From positions 160,001 to 224,000 of the forward strand of contig CAXXYE010000004.1 in the NCBI GenBank assembly GCA_963674865.2: a stretch of DNA of 64,000 nt. The letters are read 5' to 3'. The stretch comes from Candidatus Hydrogenedentota bacterium. Its GTDB lineage: Bacteria > Hydrogenedentota > Hydrogenedentia > Hydrogenedentales > SLHB01. A model generated the notes under the pieces. It did no database searches. It had not been told where the DNA came from and saw only the letters and a program-made list of their open reading frames with translations. Below are positions 39,602-50,159 of this stretch, in pieces. Each line of letters opens with the position of its first letter. Positions within the stretch are counted from its first letter, which is position 1. The translations under genes were made by a program, and so were the position numbers.

Positions 39602-41074
39602 ATGAGCCTCCTCGACTACGCGATATTCGGACTCTACATGGCCACCGTACTTGCCATCGGCATTTACCATTTCCGGAAGAACAAAGACACTGAAGACTAC
39701 TATGTGGGCAGTCGCTCCGTGAAGGCCCACCATGTGGGCCTGTCGATTGTCGCCACCGACGTGGGAGGCGGCTTCTCGATAGGACTTGGCGGCGTAGGCT
39801 TCGCCATGGGCCTGGCGGGAAGTTGGCTGCTCTTTACCGGGCTGGTAGGCGCCTGGCTCTCCGCTGTCTTCATCATCCCCCGCATCAAACGAATCGATGC
39901 CAAGCTCGGGATGATGACCTACCCCGATTTTCTCCGCCATCGCTACGATGGCAAGGTGGCCGTGGTGGCGGCCTTAATCTCCGGCATCGGCTATCTCGGC
40001 TTCACCGGCGCCCAGATGCTCGCCGGGGCGAAACTCGCATCCGGCACTATCCTGCCCGAAAACCCCTTTGGCATGGACCCGCTTCTTTTCGCGCTACTCG
40101 TGATCGCGGCGATCACGGTTCTTTACACCGTCATAGGTGGACTCAAGGCAGTGATCTACACCGACACCGTCCAATGGATCATCCTTCTGGCCGGACTTAT
40201 TCTCGTCACGATACCGGTGACTTTCGTCAAGATTGGCGGATGGGCGGGATTGCGTGATTCACTTCCGGCAGAGCATTTCAGCCTCACGAACATCAGCTTG
40301 GTGACCTTCGTTAACTGGATGGTGACCATCATTCCCATCTGGCTGATCGGCATGACCCTGTATCAAAGGATGTACGCATGCAAGAACGAGAAGGAGGCCA
40401 AGCGGGCGTGGTACCTCGCGGGCGTGTTCGAGTATCCGGTGATGGCCTTCACGGGCGTCTTCCTAGGCATGTGCGCGCGGGTGGTTTTTCCCGAGGCGGA
40501 GTCAGAAATGGCCTTGCCCATGCTCATCCGCGACATTCTTCCCATGGGCGTGACGGGCATCGTGATTGCTTCCTATTTCTCGGCCATTATGTCTACAGCC
40601 GACAGTTGCATGATGGCCTCGTCCGGGAACTTCCTCAACGACCTGATCGAGCGATACTGCTTTCGCCGCACCTTGACGGCGAAACAATCGATCCGGTTGT
40701 CCATGATCGTCACGCTGGTTGTCGGCTGCCTGGCCGTCCTGCTGGCCGCACAGTTCAACACGGTGCTGGACGCCATCCTCTATGCGTACGCCTTCATGGT
40801 GTCGGGACTCTTCATCCCGACGCTCGGGGCGTACTTCTGGCGTCGAGGCACTTCGGCCGGGGCGCTCGCGGGCATGCTTGGGGGCGGCGTGCTGACCCTC
40901 CTCCTGCTTACGAAGGTCCTCCACCTTCCGCCGGCAATGGCCGCCTGGAAACTTGATGCCAGTCTTTACGGCATTGCTCTCTCGGGACTGCTCTACGTAT
41001 CGGTGTCTTATCTTCTTCCACAATCCGAGCAAGAGCGGCAGGCCATTTCTGCGGACGCCGTGGAGGAGGAATGA
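39602..41074 (+). CDS. Sodium:solute symporter (SSS/PutP family)
   Basis: About 13 TM segments; [21 protein letters not shown] and SAIMSTADS motifs. Confidence 0.92.
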   Translation: MSLLDYAIFGLYMATVLAIGIYHFRKNKDTEDYYVGSRSVKAHHVGLSIVATDVGGGFSIGLGGVGFAMGLAGSWLLFTGLVGAWLSAVFIIPRIKRIDAKLGMMTYPDFLRHRYDGKVAVVAALISGIGYLGFTGAQMLAGAKLASGTILPENPFGMDPLLFALLVIAAITVLYTVIGGLKAVIYTDTVQWIILLAGLILVTIPVTFVKIGGWAGLRDSLPAEHFSLTNISLVTFVNWMVTIIPIWLIGMTLYQRMYACKNEKEAKRAWYLAGVFEYPVMAFTGVFLGMCARVVFPEAESEMALPMLIRDILPMGVTGIVIASYFSAIMSTADSCMMASSGNFLNDLIERYCFRRTLTAKQSIRLSMIVTLVVGCLAVLLAAQFNTVLDAILYAYAFMVSGLFIPTLGAYFWRRGTSAGALAGMLGGGVLTLLLLTKVLHLPPAMAAWKLDASLYGIALSGLLYVSVSYLLPQSEQERQAISADAVEEE

Positions 41075-41937
41075 CACGCATGAGTAGCCCGCACAGACAA
41101 CTTGACACGATGGAAGATTTCCACGGCGCCGTCATCCAGCACGGCCGCTTGAGTGATCGCATTTACCTCATGAAGGTCGGTCAGGCGCACCCGGAAGAAC
41201 TGATCCCGGCCCTTGCCGAACTCGCCGCCCGCGAGGACTACACGAAGATCTTCGCCAAGGTGCCGGCCCACGTGGCGGCACCCTTCCTGGAAGCAGGCTA
41301 CCGGCAAGAGGCGAAGGTCCCCTTGTTCTACAACGGCCGGGAGGATGGCCTTTTCCTCGCGGACTACCTGGGCGAAGAACGTGGAAGCGAGGTCGAATCG
41401 GACAAGCTCGGGGAAATCGTGAACCTGGCGCGTTCCAAGAGCGGCGAAGGCGTGACGGGAGAGCTGCTTGCAAATGCCGCCCTCTGCCTGTGTGGCCCTG
41501 AGGATACCGCCGCCATGAGCGAGATCTATCAGACCGTATTCGCCTCCTATCCATTCCCCATTGACGACCCGGCGTATCTCGAAGAGACGATGCGCTCGCA
41601 TGTCGTCTATTTCGGTGTGAAGGTGGCTGGGCAGTGGGTGGCTTTGTCCTCCGCGGAGATGGACGAGGCCCATGCCAATGTGGAAATGACGGACTTCGCC
41701 ACCTTGCCCGATTGGCGGGGACACGGCTTCGCTGCGCACCTGCTGGCCGAAATGGAAACGGCCATGAAGGAGCGGGGGATAAAGACCTCCTTCACTATTG
41801 CCCGGGCCGTTTCACCTGGGATGAACATCACCTTCGCCAAGCTGGACTATGAATTCGGGGGCCGCCTGGTAAACAACACCAACATCGCCGGGCGAATCGA
41901 GAGCATGAACATCTGGCATAAGCCCCTGACGCCGTAA
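41071..41937 (+). CDS. ablB: Beta-lysine N6-acetyltransferase (GNAT)
   Basis: [40 protein letters not shown] and [17 protein letters not shown] motifs. Confidence 0.92.
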   Translation: MTRMSSPHRQLDTMEDFHGAVIQHGRLSDRIYLMKVGQAHPEELIPALAELAAREDYTKIFAKVPAHVAAPFLEAGYRQEAKVPLFYNGREDGLFLADYLGEERGSEVESDKLGEIVNLARSKSGEGVTGELLANAALCLCGPEDTAAMSEIYQTVFASYPFPIDDPAYLEETMRSHVVYFGVKVAGQWVALSSAEMDEAHANVEMTDFATLPDWRGHGFAAHLLAEMETAMKERGIKTSFTIARAVSPGMNITFAKLDYEFGGRLVNNTNIAGRIESMNIWHKPLTP

Positions 41938-42092
41938 GCGCTTCATCGGTCAGGGAAGGCGGTGCGTGCCCTCATTGACAAGACACCTCAGATGCGCCCT
42001 GCGAGCGGCGAAACCCCATATAAGGCTTTTCTCTCTTCATTGCGCTGCTTGTAAGCCATAGTTATCTCTTGATTTACAGAGCGCGTCATCTT

Positions 42093-42108
42093 CGGCACGG
42101 AAACTGCT
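42093..42108 (+). promoter_or_regulatory. Possible sigma54 (-24/-12) promoter for the MoxR/Bat operon
   Basis: CGGCACG-GAAA-CTGCT (GG-N10-GC); IHF-like AATCAAGAGATAA on the minus strand just upstream. Confidence 0.35.
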
Positions 42109-42138
42109 CCTTGCTTTGCCATGTGGAGTTGTTCCCAT

Positions 42139-42972
42139 ATGCAGAGCCGTTCCCTCGTAACATACGCGTTGGCTGTGGTAGCGGCCCTTGCGGGCTGCGC
42201 CGCCTGGGCGGAGCCGAAGTTGGCTGTGACGCCCGCCAAGCAGCCCGCCCACCCGGACCAACCGTACCGGATCGTCTACGAGGCGACTTGGAGCGGCGCG
42301 CCCGGGGCCTATTCGGTGTTCCCTCCCGAATTTGATGCGATCGAGTGGGGCGCTATCGACCTCGTTGAGAGCCGGTCGGAAGTCCGCAACGGCCTGAACG
42401 TCGTGGCCCATGTGCTTGATGTAACCCCTTATAAAATAGGCGACTACAAGTTTCCCGAGGTGAGGGTGCAATACGCCGAACCGGCGTCGATGGTGGATGA
42501 GGAACAGGAAGAACAGACTTCCGATGTGCCTGAAGACCTGCCCACGCTGCGAGTCGCCCCGCTGGATGTGCAGGTCCGCCATGACCTGAGTCTACTGGCA
42601 GGTTTCGGCGCCTTCGCGCTTGTTGCTGGCGGCTGTGCGGGCGTGTGGATGTTCGCGCGCCGGCGGCGCAAGTCGGGCGGGACGGCTGAGGTAGTGGTAG
42701 CGGCCGCTGATCTCGGCTCGGTTCAGGACGCCTTGCACCGTGCGAACCAGCGCCGCCTGGACGGGGAGTTCTACGATTTCTTCCGCGAGCTAAGCGAGGC
42801 GGCATCCTCGCTTGACCTCGCGGAGGATGAGAAGCGCGTGGCGGAGAAGCTCATAACCCGTGCGCGCGATATAGGTTACGGCGGCGTTCGTCCAAGTGAC
42901 GATGAGATGGACGGCGCCCTTCGCGAGGTCCAGCGCCTCCTTACACGACGGCAAGAGACGGAATCACTCTAA
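42139..42972 (+). CDS. Exported membrane-anchored hypothetical protein (BatD-like Ig domain, TM, helical tail)
   Basis: Signal peptide, beta-sandwich-like segment, TM followed by RRRRK. Confidence 0.65.
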   Translation: MQSRSLVTYALAVVAALAGCAAWAEPKLAVTPAKQPAHPDQPYRIVYEATWSGAPGAYSVFPPEFDAIEWGAIDLVESRSEVRNGLNVVAHVLDVTPYKIGDYKFPEVRVQYAEPASMVDEEQEEQTSDVPEDLPTLRVAPLDVQVRHDLSLLAGFGAFALVAGGCAGVWMFARRRRKSGGTAEVVVAAADLGSVQDALHRANQRRLDGEFYDFFRELSEAASSLDLAEDEKRVAEKLITRARDIGYGGVRPSDDEMDGALREVQRLLTRRQETESL

Positions 42973-42985
42973 AGGAGTTCGACCC

Positions 42986-43975
42986 ATGGCAAGCGTGTCC
43001 GTAGAAGCAATCCGAAGGAAGGTGGAAGCTCAGTCGCAGTTTGTGGGGCGGCTGCGCAGCGAGATGGGCAAGATCATTGTGGGCCAGCAGTACATGATCG
43101 ATCGACTGTTGGTTGGCATGCTTGCCAATGGCCACGTCCTTATTGAAGGTGTGCCGGGGCTTGCCAAGACAACCGCGGTGAAGGCCTTGGCGCAGAGCAT
43201 GGACTGCCGGTTCACCCGCATCCAGTTCACGCCGGACCTGCTTCCCGCGGACCTCATCGGGACCTTGGTTTACAATCCTAAGGATGGCGATTTCACCACC
43301 AAGAAAGGCCCCATTTTCGGGAACATCATTCTCGCCGACGAGGTAAACCGCGCCCCCGCGAAGGTTCAGAGCGCCCTGCTCGAAGCCATGCAAGAGCGGC
43401 AGGTCACCATCGGCGAGTCGACGTTTCCCCTCGATGAGCCCTTCATGGTGCTTGCTACTCAGAATCCTATCGAGCAAGAAGGGACGTATCCCCTGCCCGA
43501 GGCGCAGGTCGACCGGTTCATGCTCAAGTTGAAAGTCACTTACCCGAGCCGTGTAGAAGAGCGCGAGATCATGGATCGAGTCAGTCTCCTGCACGAGCCG
43601 CATTTGGAGCCCGTCGTAACAAAACAGGAAATCCTCGAGGCGCGCGAGATCGTCGGCCAGATCTATGTAGACGCCAAAGCTAAGGACTATATCGTGGATA
43701 TTGTCCAAGCCACCCGGCATCCCGAGGCGTTCGGCCTGGATATCAAGCACCTCATCGAATACGGCGCCTCGCCTCGCGCGACCATCTATCTCCAGCAAGC
43801 GGCCCGGGCGCTGGCCTTCTTACAGGGCGAAGGGAACGTCTTCCCGAATGATGTGAAACAGGTGGCGATGGACATTCTCCGGCACCGGCTGATTGTTACC
43901 TACGAGGCCGAGGCGGAGAACATGACCAGCGAAGATGTTATCCGCAAGATCCTCGACACGGTGCCCGTGCCCTAA
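42986..43975 (+). CDS. moxR: MoxR-family AAA+ ATPase (Bat operon)
   Basis: GHVLIEGVPGLAKT, QFTPDLLPAD, ADEVNRAPAKVQ and YPLPEAQVDRF motifs; AAGGAG RBS. Confidence 0.95.
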   Translation: MASVSVEAIRRKVEAQSQFVGRLRSEMGKIIVGQQYMIDRLLVGMLANGHVLIEGVPGLAKTTAVKALAQSMDCRFTRIQFTPDLLPADLIGTLVYNPKDGDFTTKKGPIFGNIILADEVNRAPAKVQSALLEAMQERQVTIGESTFPLDEPFMVLATQNPIEQEGTYPLPEAQVDRFMLKLKVTYPSRVEEREIMDRVSLLHEPHLEPVVTKQEILEAREIVGQIYVDAKAKDYIVDIVQATRHPEAFGLDIKHLIEYGASPRATIYLQQAARALAFLQGEGNVFPNDVKQVAMDILRHRLIVTYEAEAENMTSEDVIRKILDTVPVP

Positions 43976-44026
43976 CCTGGGAAGAGTCGCGGTGGTAGAA
44001 CAAAGGAACAGCGCTGGAGCCCAAGC

Positions 44027-44905
44027 ATGATACCGCAAGAAGTCATGCAGCAAATTCGCCGGATTCAGATCCGGACGAGCCACGTCGTCAACGACATTCT
44101 CACCGGCCAATACGAGAGCGTCTTCAAAGGCCAGGGAATGGAGTTCAAGGAAGTGCGCGAGTACGTTCCCGGCGACGAGGTCCGCATGATCGACTGGAAC
44201 GTGACGGCCCGCACGGGCGTGCCCCACGTCAAGCTCCTTGCCGAGGAGCGCGAACTCACCGTGATGATTTTGGTGGACGCCAGCGGCTCGGGGCGCTTCG
44301 GCAGCGTGTCGCGGTTCAAGAACGAACTGGCGGCCGAGCTTTGCGCCGTCTTGGCCATTTCCGCCATCAAGAATAATGACAAGGTTGGACTGATCATTTT
44401 CACGGACGACGTCGAGTTGTACGTGCCGCCAAGCAAAGGTCGTACGCACGTACTGCGCGTGATCCGGGAAGTGCTCTATTTCGACCCGAAAGGCACGGCC
44501 ACCAATATCCCCGGCGCCCTCCAGTTTCTCAATGGCGTCACGAGGCGCCGTGCCGTGGCGTTCCTCGTGTCGGACTTCATGGCCGATGGCTACGAAACGG
44601 CGCTGCGGGTGGCCAACCGGCGCCACGACATGATTGCTGTATCCGTGACTGACCCGCGGGAAGAATCGCTGCCTGACGTAGGATACGTGGCCGTCCGCGA
44701 CGCCGAGACGGGACGCGAAGTGCTCGTCGATACGAGCGAGAAGGCTGTCCGTGAAGAATACGCCAAGGCCGCGCGGGCGCGTGCCGGGAAGCGTGATACC
44801 ACCTTCCAGCGTACGCGTGTCGACGCCATTCACGTGCGGACGGATAGGCCCTACATCGAAGAACTCTACCGGTTTTTCCGCATGAGGGAGAGAAGATATG
44901 CCTGA
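44027..44905 (+). CDS. DUF58 protein (VWA-like MoxR partner)
   Basis: GMEFKEVREYVPGDEVRMIDWNVTAR, EEREL, DASGS and SDF motifs. Confidence 0.93.
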   Translation: MIPQEVMQQIRRIQIRTSHVVNDILTGQYESVFKGQGMEFKEVREYVPGDEVRMIDWNVTARTGVPHVKLLAEERELTVMILVDASGSGRFGSVSRFKNELAAELCAVLAISAIKNNDKVGLIIFTDDVELYVPPSKGRTHVLRVIREVLYFDPKGTATNIPGALQFLNGVTRRRAVAFLVSDFMADGYETALRVANRRHDMIAVSVTDPREESLPDVGYVAVRDAETGREVLVDTSEKAVREEYAKAARARAGKRDTTFQRTRVDAIHVRTDRPYIEELYRFFRMRERRYA

Positions 44906-46163
44906 GGGAACGGAACGGCTGAAGGAGTTTCGCGCCCAGTATCGCGGCGGGTCGAGCCAGCACAAGTGGCTGCTGATTATCCAAACCATCGTCCTGCTCG
45001 TTGGCTTCGCGGTGCTCTTCACGATGCTCGGATTCGGAGGCAAGGTCGAAGCGCCGGCCCGGTTCAACGCGACCAGCGCGGGCGGTCTCTCGCCCGACGC
45101 ACTCCGTGAGTATGCGGCGTATCTCGCGGAGAAGCATCTTCCTTTGGCGGCCATTGACGCGTACGAGGAGTACCTAGACAAGGCCGCCTTGGAGGACCCG
45201 GAGCGCGCCAAGGTGTGCTACAGCGCGGCGAAGCTCGCCGTTGATGCTGAGGACTATAGCAAGGCCCTGGCCCTTCTCTACCAGGCGGAGTTGCTCGACC
45301 CGGAGTCGGAACTGAAAGACGAGATCAACAAGAAGGTGGCCCTTTGTCTGGATAAACTGGGCCGGAATGTCGAGCTCAGACGTGAACTCCGCCGCCGCTC
45401 TGACCTCGCGCGCAAGGCGTCGGATTTGTCGGACGACGAAGTGATCTTGGCGGAGTTTGGCGACGAGGTGATCACCGATCGCGACTTGGAGCAGGAAATT
45501 GAGGAACTGCCCGGCTCCGTGCGCAAATCCTTGGACGTACCGGAGAATGAGCTCGAGTTTCTCAAGAATCTCGTAGCCGAGCGCCTCCTTGTGGACAAGG
45601 CCCGCCGTCTCGAACTCGACAAGAGCGAGGAGATCCAGGAGGCATTGGCGAAGCAACTCGACGCGATGATGGTGCGCCGCCTCATCGACGATGAACTGCG
45701 CGATCGCGTTCACGTCACACCGGAGGAGGTCGAGCGCTACTACAAAGCCGAGATCGAGCACTTCACCATTCCGGAGGCCGCCCAAGTTCGTATTGCCGAG
45801 GCCGCGACGGCCGAGAAGGCCAAAGTTCTGACGGACTTTCCCGAAGAGGAGGTTACGGTTCAGCGCGGCCGGGCGATCCCGGGACTTCCCGAGAGTCCGG
45901 AGACGGTGGACCTCATCTTCGCCACGGATCCCGGTGAGTTGGCCGGCCCTGTCGCGATTGAGGGGAAGTGGTACGTTTTCGAGGTGGTTTCCCGTGCGCC
46001 GGAGGAAGTGCGCCCCTTCGAGGAGGTCAAGGAACAGGCGCGCCGCATGCTCCAGTTCACCAAAGAGCAGGAGCAACTCCGTGCGCTCATTGAAGAGACC
46101 CTCGAAGCGCGTGATGTGCGGTTGCATCCAGAGCGCCTGAAGGGGACGGCATCCGCTTCATGA
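44898..46163 (+). CDS. Membrane-anchored TPR protein with a SurA/parvulin-like chaperone domain
   Basis: N-terminal TM; TPR helices; ILAEFGDEVIT, VTPEEVERYY and GPV...RPFEEVKEQ PpiC-like pattern; catalytic parvulin motifs look degenerate. Confidence 0.75.
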   Translation: MPEGTERLKEFRAQYRGGSSQHKWLLIIQTIVLLVGFAVLFTMLGFGGKVEAPARFNATSAGGLSPDALREYAAYLAEKHLPLAAIDAYEEYLDKAALEDPERAKVCYSAAKLAVDAEDYSKALALLYQAELLDPESELKDEINKKVALCLDKLGRNVELRRELRRRSDLARKASDLSDDEVILAEFGDEVITDRDLEQEIEELPGSVRKSLDVPENELEFLKNLVAERLLVDKARRLELDKSEEIQEALAKQLDAMMVRRLIDDELRDRVHVTPEEVERYYKAEIEHFTIPEAAQVRIAEAATAEKAKVLTDFPEEEVTVQRGRAIPGLPESPETVDLIFATDPGELAGPVAIEGKWYVFEVVSRAPEEVRPFEEVKEQARRMLQFTKEQEQLRALIEETLEARDVRLHPERLKGTASAS

Positions 46164-47083
46164 ACACGTTGTCCGCCATAGCGCTTGCTTTCCTCGCCGC
46201 CGCGAGCGACGGCGACGTGACGGCCTCCGTGCGTCTGGCCCCGCCGGTGATCCCATTTCACAGGCAGGCGACCTTCACCCTTGTGGTGGAGGCCCCTTCG
46301 GATGTAGAGCCCCAAATTGCCGACATGGCCGACAGGTTTGGCGGGCTCGGGATCTACGGCACGCCTTCTCGTGACGTCACGACGCTCAGGGGCGGCAGGA
46401 AACGCATCACGGAAACCTATGTGCTGGATCCTGTTTTCGTTGGCCAATACCCACTCGGGCCTGTCGAAGTAACCTGGGGCGACGGGCAACGCCTTGTCAT
46501 CCCCTGCCCGGCCTTGCGCGTGCGCGACCTGACGCCCGAGGAGACTGAAGAGGCCATGCGGTTTGAGCCCATCGCCGGAGCGATTTCCCCAGGCATACCG
46601 ACTTGGAAAGACTGGCGACTTTGGCTGGCCGGCGGGATGGCGGCCGCTCTTAGCGCAGCGGGCGGGTGGTACCTTCTCCGGCAACGGGGCAAGAAGAGCA
46701 TTGAGGCGCCCCCGGCGCCGCCTTGGGAGGTCGCCTATGATCGGCTGCGGCAGCTTGACGAGCGTCATCTGCCGGAATCCGGGCGATTTGAGACGTTTTA
46801 TGTCGATTTGTCGTCGATTCTTCGCTACTACATCGAAGATCGTTTTGAATTGCACGCCCCCGAACGCACCACGCCGGAGTTCCTTGCTGAGGCGCGGGAC
46901 AGCGAGGTGCTGAGTGAGGCGCATCAACGCGTCTTGGCCAACCTGCTTCGCCATTGCGACCTTGTGAAATTTGCCCGGTACCGCCCTTCCGTTGAAGATA
47001 TGGAGAAGGGCCTTTCCGCGGTGATCCGGTTCGTGGACGAGACGGTGCCTCGCGAAGAGGTTGCGCCGGAGGCCGCCGCATGA
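46160..47083 (+). CDS. Bat-operon membrane protein (BatD-like / DUF4381-like)
   Basis: Signal peptide, Ig-like domain, TM, then LSSILRYYIE...ERTTPEF...DLVKFARY. Confidence 0.75.
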   Translation: MNTLSAIALAFLAAASDGDVTASVRLAPPVIPFHRQATFTLVVEAPSDVEPQIADMADRFGGLGIYGTPSRDVTTLRGGRKRITETYVLDPVFVGQYPLGPVEVTWGDGQRLVIPCPALRVRDLTPEETEEAMRFEPIAGAISPGIPTWKDWRLWLAGGMAAALSAAGGWYLLRQRGKKSIEAPPAPPWEVAYDRLRQLDERHLPESGRFETFYVDLSSILRYYIEDRFELHAPERTTPEFLAEARDSEVLSEAHQRVLANLLRHCDLVKFARYRPSVEDMEKGLSAVIRFVDETVPREEVAPEAAA

Positions 47084-48129
47084 GTCTCTTTGCGCCATTT
47101 GAGTTCACGACGCTCATGCAGCCCTGGATACTGAGCGGCTTGGTGGGTGTGTTTTTGCTGCTCGCCGCGGAGGTCACGGCCCGAGCGCCAGGCACGCTCA
47201 TCGTCTCGACGGGCGAGGCCCTCGCTGGCGCTCCCGGCCGACGCCGTGCCCTAATACGGCGGGCGCCGGCTGTGCTGCGCGCCTTAGGCCTGTCATTGCT
47301 ACTCGTGGCCGCTGCACGGCCCATCAAGGGCCTTCAGGCGCGCAAGGATAGAGCCAACGTTGTGGATATCATGCTATGCGTAGACGTGAGCGAGAGTATG
47401 AGGGCGGAGGATTTTCTGGCCGGCGGGCAGCGTGTAGATCGACTGGATGTTACGAAGATGGTGGTGCGGGACTTCATTGCAAGCCGCAAGGACAAGCCCG
47501 AGGATCGCTATGGGCTCGACCGCGTCGGCCTGGTTCTCTACGGTAGCTACGCGTGGACGCAGTGTCCGCTGACGCTCGACTACGGCGTTCTGGAGCGAGA
47601 GCTGGACCTGGCTCGCATCGCCGAGAACAGCGCCAAATCGCAACGCACGGCCATCGGGTCGGCCGTCGGCCTTGCGGTGAGCAGGCTGCGGAAGTCCGAG
47701 GCCGAGAGCAAGGTCATCATTCTGCTTACCGATGGCCAGAATAACTCGGGCGAACTCGGCCCGACAACGGCCGCGCAGTTGGCCAAGGAATACGGGATAC
47801 GCATTTACACCATCGGCGTGGGCTCGCGCGACGGCTCCATGGGCACGCCCGGTGGACTTTTCGGCTGGATGACGAGGTCGGCCGCGCCCGTGGATGAAGA
47901 GGCCCTCAAGGAGATCGCCGCTATCGCGGACGGCAAGTACTACCGTGCGACAGACACCGCGTCGCTGGCCGGCGCCTACGCCGAGATAAGTCAACTCGAG
48001 GCGACTGAAATCGAGATCGGCGACTACTACGAACATGAAGAGGGATTTGTGCCTTACGCGATTATGGGCGCCCTCTTCTTACTGGCGTCCGTGTTTAGCC
48101 GCCGGCTATGGTTTGAACCGATTCCTTAG
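47080..48129 (+). CDS. batA: VWA-domain protein BatA
   Basis: MIDAS DVSESM, CPLTLDY, TAIGSA, LLTDG and IYTIGVG motifs; N- and C-terminal TM. Confidence 0.9.
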   Translation: MSLFAPFEFTTLMQPWILSGLVGVFLLLAAEVTARAPGTLIVSTGEALAGAPGRRRALIRRAPAVLRALGLSLLLVAAARPIKGLQARKDRANVVDIMLCVDVSESMRAEDFLAGGQRVDRLDVTKMVVRDFIASRKDKPEDRYGLDRVGLVLYGSYAWTQCPLTLDYGVLERELDLARIAENSAKSQRTAIGSAVGLAVSRLRKSEAESKVIILLTDGQNNSGELGPTTAAQLAKEYGIRIYTIGVGSRDGSMGTPGGLFGWMTRSAAPVDEEALKEIAAIADGKYYRATDTASLAGAYAEISQLEATEIEIGDYYEHEEGFVPYAIMGALFLLASVFSRRLWFEPIP

Positions 48130-48139
48130 GGAGCAAGGC

Positions 48140-49231
48140 ATGGAATTCGGCTTCGCATTTCCGATCCGCTACGTGCACGTTTGGCTTGGCCTGACGACCC
48201 TTGTCCTGGCGCTGCTCGTTCTCGCGCTGCTTGCCACGGAGCGGCGTCGGCGCGAGCGTGTGGAGCGGTTTGTGGAAGCGAATCTGCGTGACAGGCTGAC
48301 GGCGGGGCGTAGCGTCGTGTCACGGCGTCCCCTGTTTTGGTTCACCGTGGTTGGCAGCTTCTTCTTGGCGCTCACGTTTGCACAGCCCCGATGGGGCCGG
48401 GCGTGGCAGGAAGTGGACAGGCTAAGCCGCGATATCATGATCTGCCTTGATACCTCCGAGAGCATGTTGGCCAAGAATCCGCTGCCGAACCGGCTGGAAA
48501 GATCGAAGCAGAAGATACTTGCCTTGATCGACCGGGCGCCGGGCGATCGCTACGGCCTCGTAGCCTTCTCCGGCGGCGCGGAACTTCAGTGCCCTTTGAC
48601 GCATGACCAAGGCTATTTCAGAGCCGTACTCAACGCAGTGGATACCGACACCATCAGCTACGAGGGCACGGACATTGCCGCCGCCCTTCATGAGGCTACG
48701 GAAGTCTTCAAAGAGGATGCCGAGCAGACGGGGGATTACAATAAGGACGCCCGGGCGATTCTGCTCATTTCCGACGGCGAGCAAGTTGCCGGCGACGCGG
48801 TCGAGGCGGCCGAAGAGGCCGCGCGCTACGCGCGTGTATATGTCATCGGCGTCGGCGACCCGAACGGCGCTGAGATACGGATCCCCGATCTCGTGAGACG
48901 CACCACACGCGGCGGGGGAGAGGCGACCCATCTCTCGAAGCTTGATGAGGACACGTTGATCAAGGTGGCCCAGTTCGGCCAGGGCGGCTACATTCGTACA
49001 ACGCCGGACAACCGTGACATCGAAGAGATCCACGGACATATTGAGAGACTTGCGGCGCGGAGCGCCGACAGCGATATACGATTCCACCTGGTGAACCGCT
49101 ACCAATGGCCTTTGGCTTTAGCCATTCTCTGCTTTGCCGCAGAGGGCCTGTGGGTGGCCGTCCTGCCGAAGTTCCGCTACTGGGGCCGTCGGTTCAGGTC
49201 GCCGAGGGAGGGTGTACGGGGCCATGCGTAG
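48140..49231 (+). CDS. batB: VWA-domain protein BatB
   Basis: QPRWG, MIDAS DTSESM, NRLERSK, LISDGE, SKLDE and RYQWPL motifs. Confidence 0.88.
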   Translation: MEFGFAFPIRYVHVWLGLTTLVLALLVLALLATERRRRERVERFVEANLRDRLTAGRSVVSRRPLFWFTVVGSFFLALTFAQPRWGRAWQEVDRLSRDIMICLDTSESMLAKNPLPNRLERSKQKILALIDRAPGDRYGLVAFSGGAELQCPLTHDQGYFRAVLNAVDTDTISYEGTDIAAALHEATEVFKEDAEQTGDYNKDARAILLISDGEQVAGDAVEAAEEAARYARVYVIGVGDPNGAEIRIPDLVRRTTRGGGEATHLSKLDEDTLIKVAQFGQGGYIRTTPDNRDIEEIHGHIERLAARSADSDIRFHLVNRYQWPLALAILCFAAEGLWVAVLPKFRYWGRRFRSPREGVRGHA

Positions 49232-50159
49232 AGCACTCGTGACAACCGCCATGCTCGCCCTTGCTTGTGTTGCGTGGGGGGCGGAGTCCTTCAACGAGCG
49301 TCTGGAGAAAGGGCACGCCGCGCTGCGAGACGGCGATGTCGATGGCGCCATGGCGACGTATCGTGACCTTCAGACGGACGAGCCCGAGTCGGAGTTCCTG
49401 TATTACAATATGGGCCGCGCCCAGTACATCCAGGGGGAGCAGGACCTTGAGGCGGGCGCCGCTGAGAACGCCGTCGATGCATTCAAGAACGCAGCCGACT
49501 CTTTCGAGAAGGTAACCGTGTCTCCTGATGAACGCCTGCGCGTCAGCGCCGAATACAACCTGGCCAACTGCCGCGCCCAGATTGCCAAGCAGTCCATGTC
49601 GGATGGCGATCGCGAGGAGAGTATCACCGCGTTTCAGGAGGCCATTGACGGCTACGAGGAGTTGCTGCGAAAGCGCCCGGATCACAAGGAGGCGAAGAAT
49701 AACCTCGATCACATGCGTTACTTCCTAAAGCGGATGATGCAGACGCCGCCGCCTCCACCGCAAGAGCAGGAGAACCAGGATAACAAGCAGGAGCAGTCGA
49801 AAGAGCAGCAACAAGACTCGGAGAGCGAGCAGAATCAGCAGGGCGAACACGCGAAGAACCAGGAGCAAGATAAGGACACGCCCGAGTCGGAACCGGGCGA
49901 GGATGAGGCGGACGAGCAGCAGCAACAGGCGTCCGAGCAGGAACAGGCCGATGATCAGGAGCCGTCCGCTGGCCAGGAGAAGGACGAAGCCCAAGCTCAA
50001 CAAGGCGACGAAATGAACGATGAGCGACAGGGAGAGGAGCCGAAAGACCGCCAAGCTATCGAGGCCTTGCTCCAGTCGCTGGAAGATCTGGATAAACGAG
50101 AGCAGTACGATGCCCGCCGCCATGGGCCGGACGTGAGGGCCAGAAAGGAATGGTGGTGA
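49224..50159 (+). CDS. batC: TPR protein BatC
   Basis: Signal peptide, YNMG/YNLAN TPRs, Q/E-rich linker, C-terminal KEWW. Confidence 0.82.
   Translation: MRRALVTTAMLALACVAWGAESFNERLEKGHAALRDGDVDGAMATYRDLQTDEPESEFLYYNMGRAQYIQGEQDLEAGAAENAVDAFKNAADSFEKVTVSPDERLRVSAEYNLANCRAQIAKQSMSDGDREESITAFQEAIDGYEELLRKRPDHKEAKNNLDHMRYFLKRMMQTPPPPPQEQENQDNKQEQSKEQQQDSESEQNQQGEHAKNQEQDKDTPESEPGEDEADEQQQQASEQEQADDQEPSAGQEKDEAQAQQGDEMNDERQGEEPKDRQAIEALLQSLEDLDKREQYDARRHGPDVRARKEWW

Noticed and set aside
38287..39603. Long antisense ORFs (also 15258-16637, 43820-45211, 45860-47098, 57419-58519, 60995-62416, 29999-30937)
   Set aside because: Shadows of well-supported genes on the opposite strand in GC-rich DNA; no recognisable motifs
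49740..50050. Q/E-rich low-complexity stretch as a tandem repeat
   Set aside because: Ordinary BatC linker with no nucleotide-level periodicity
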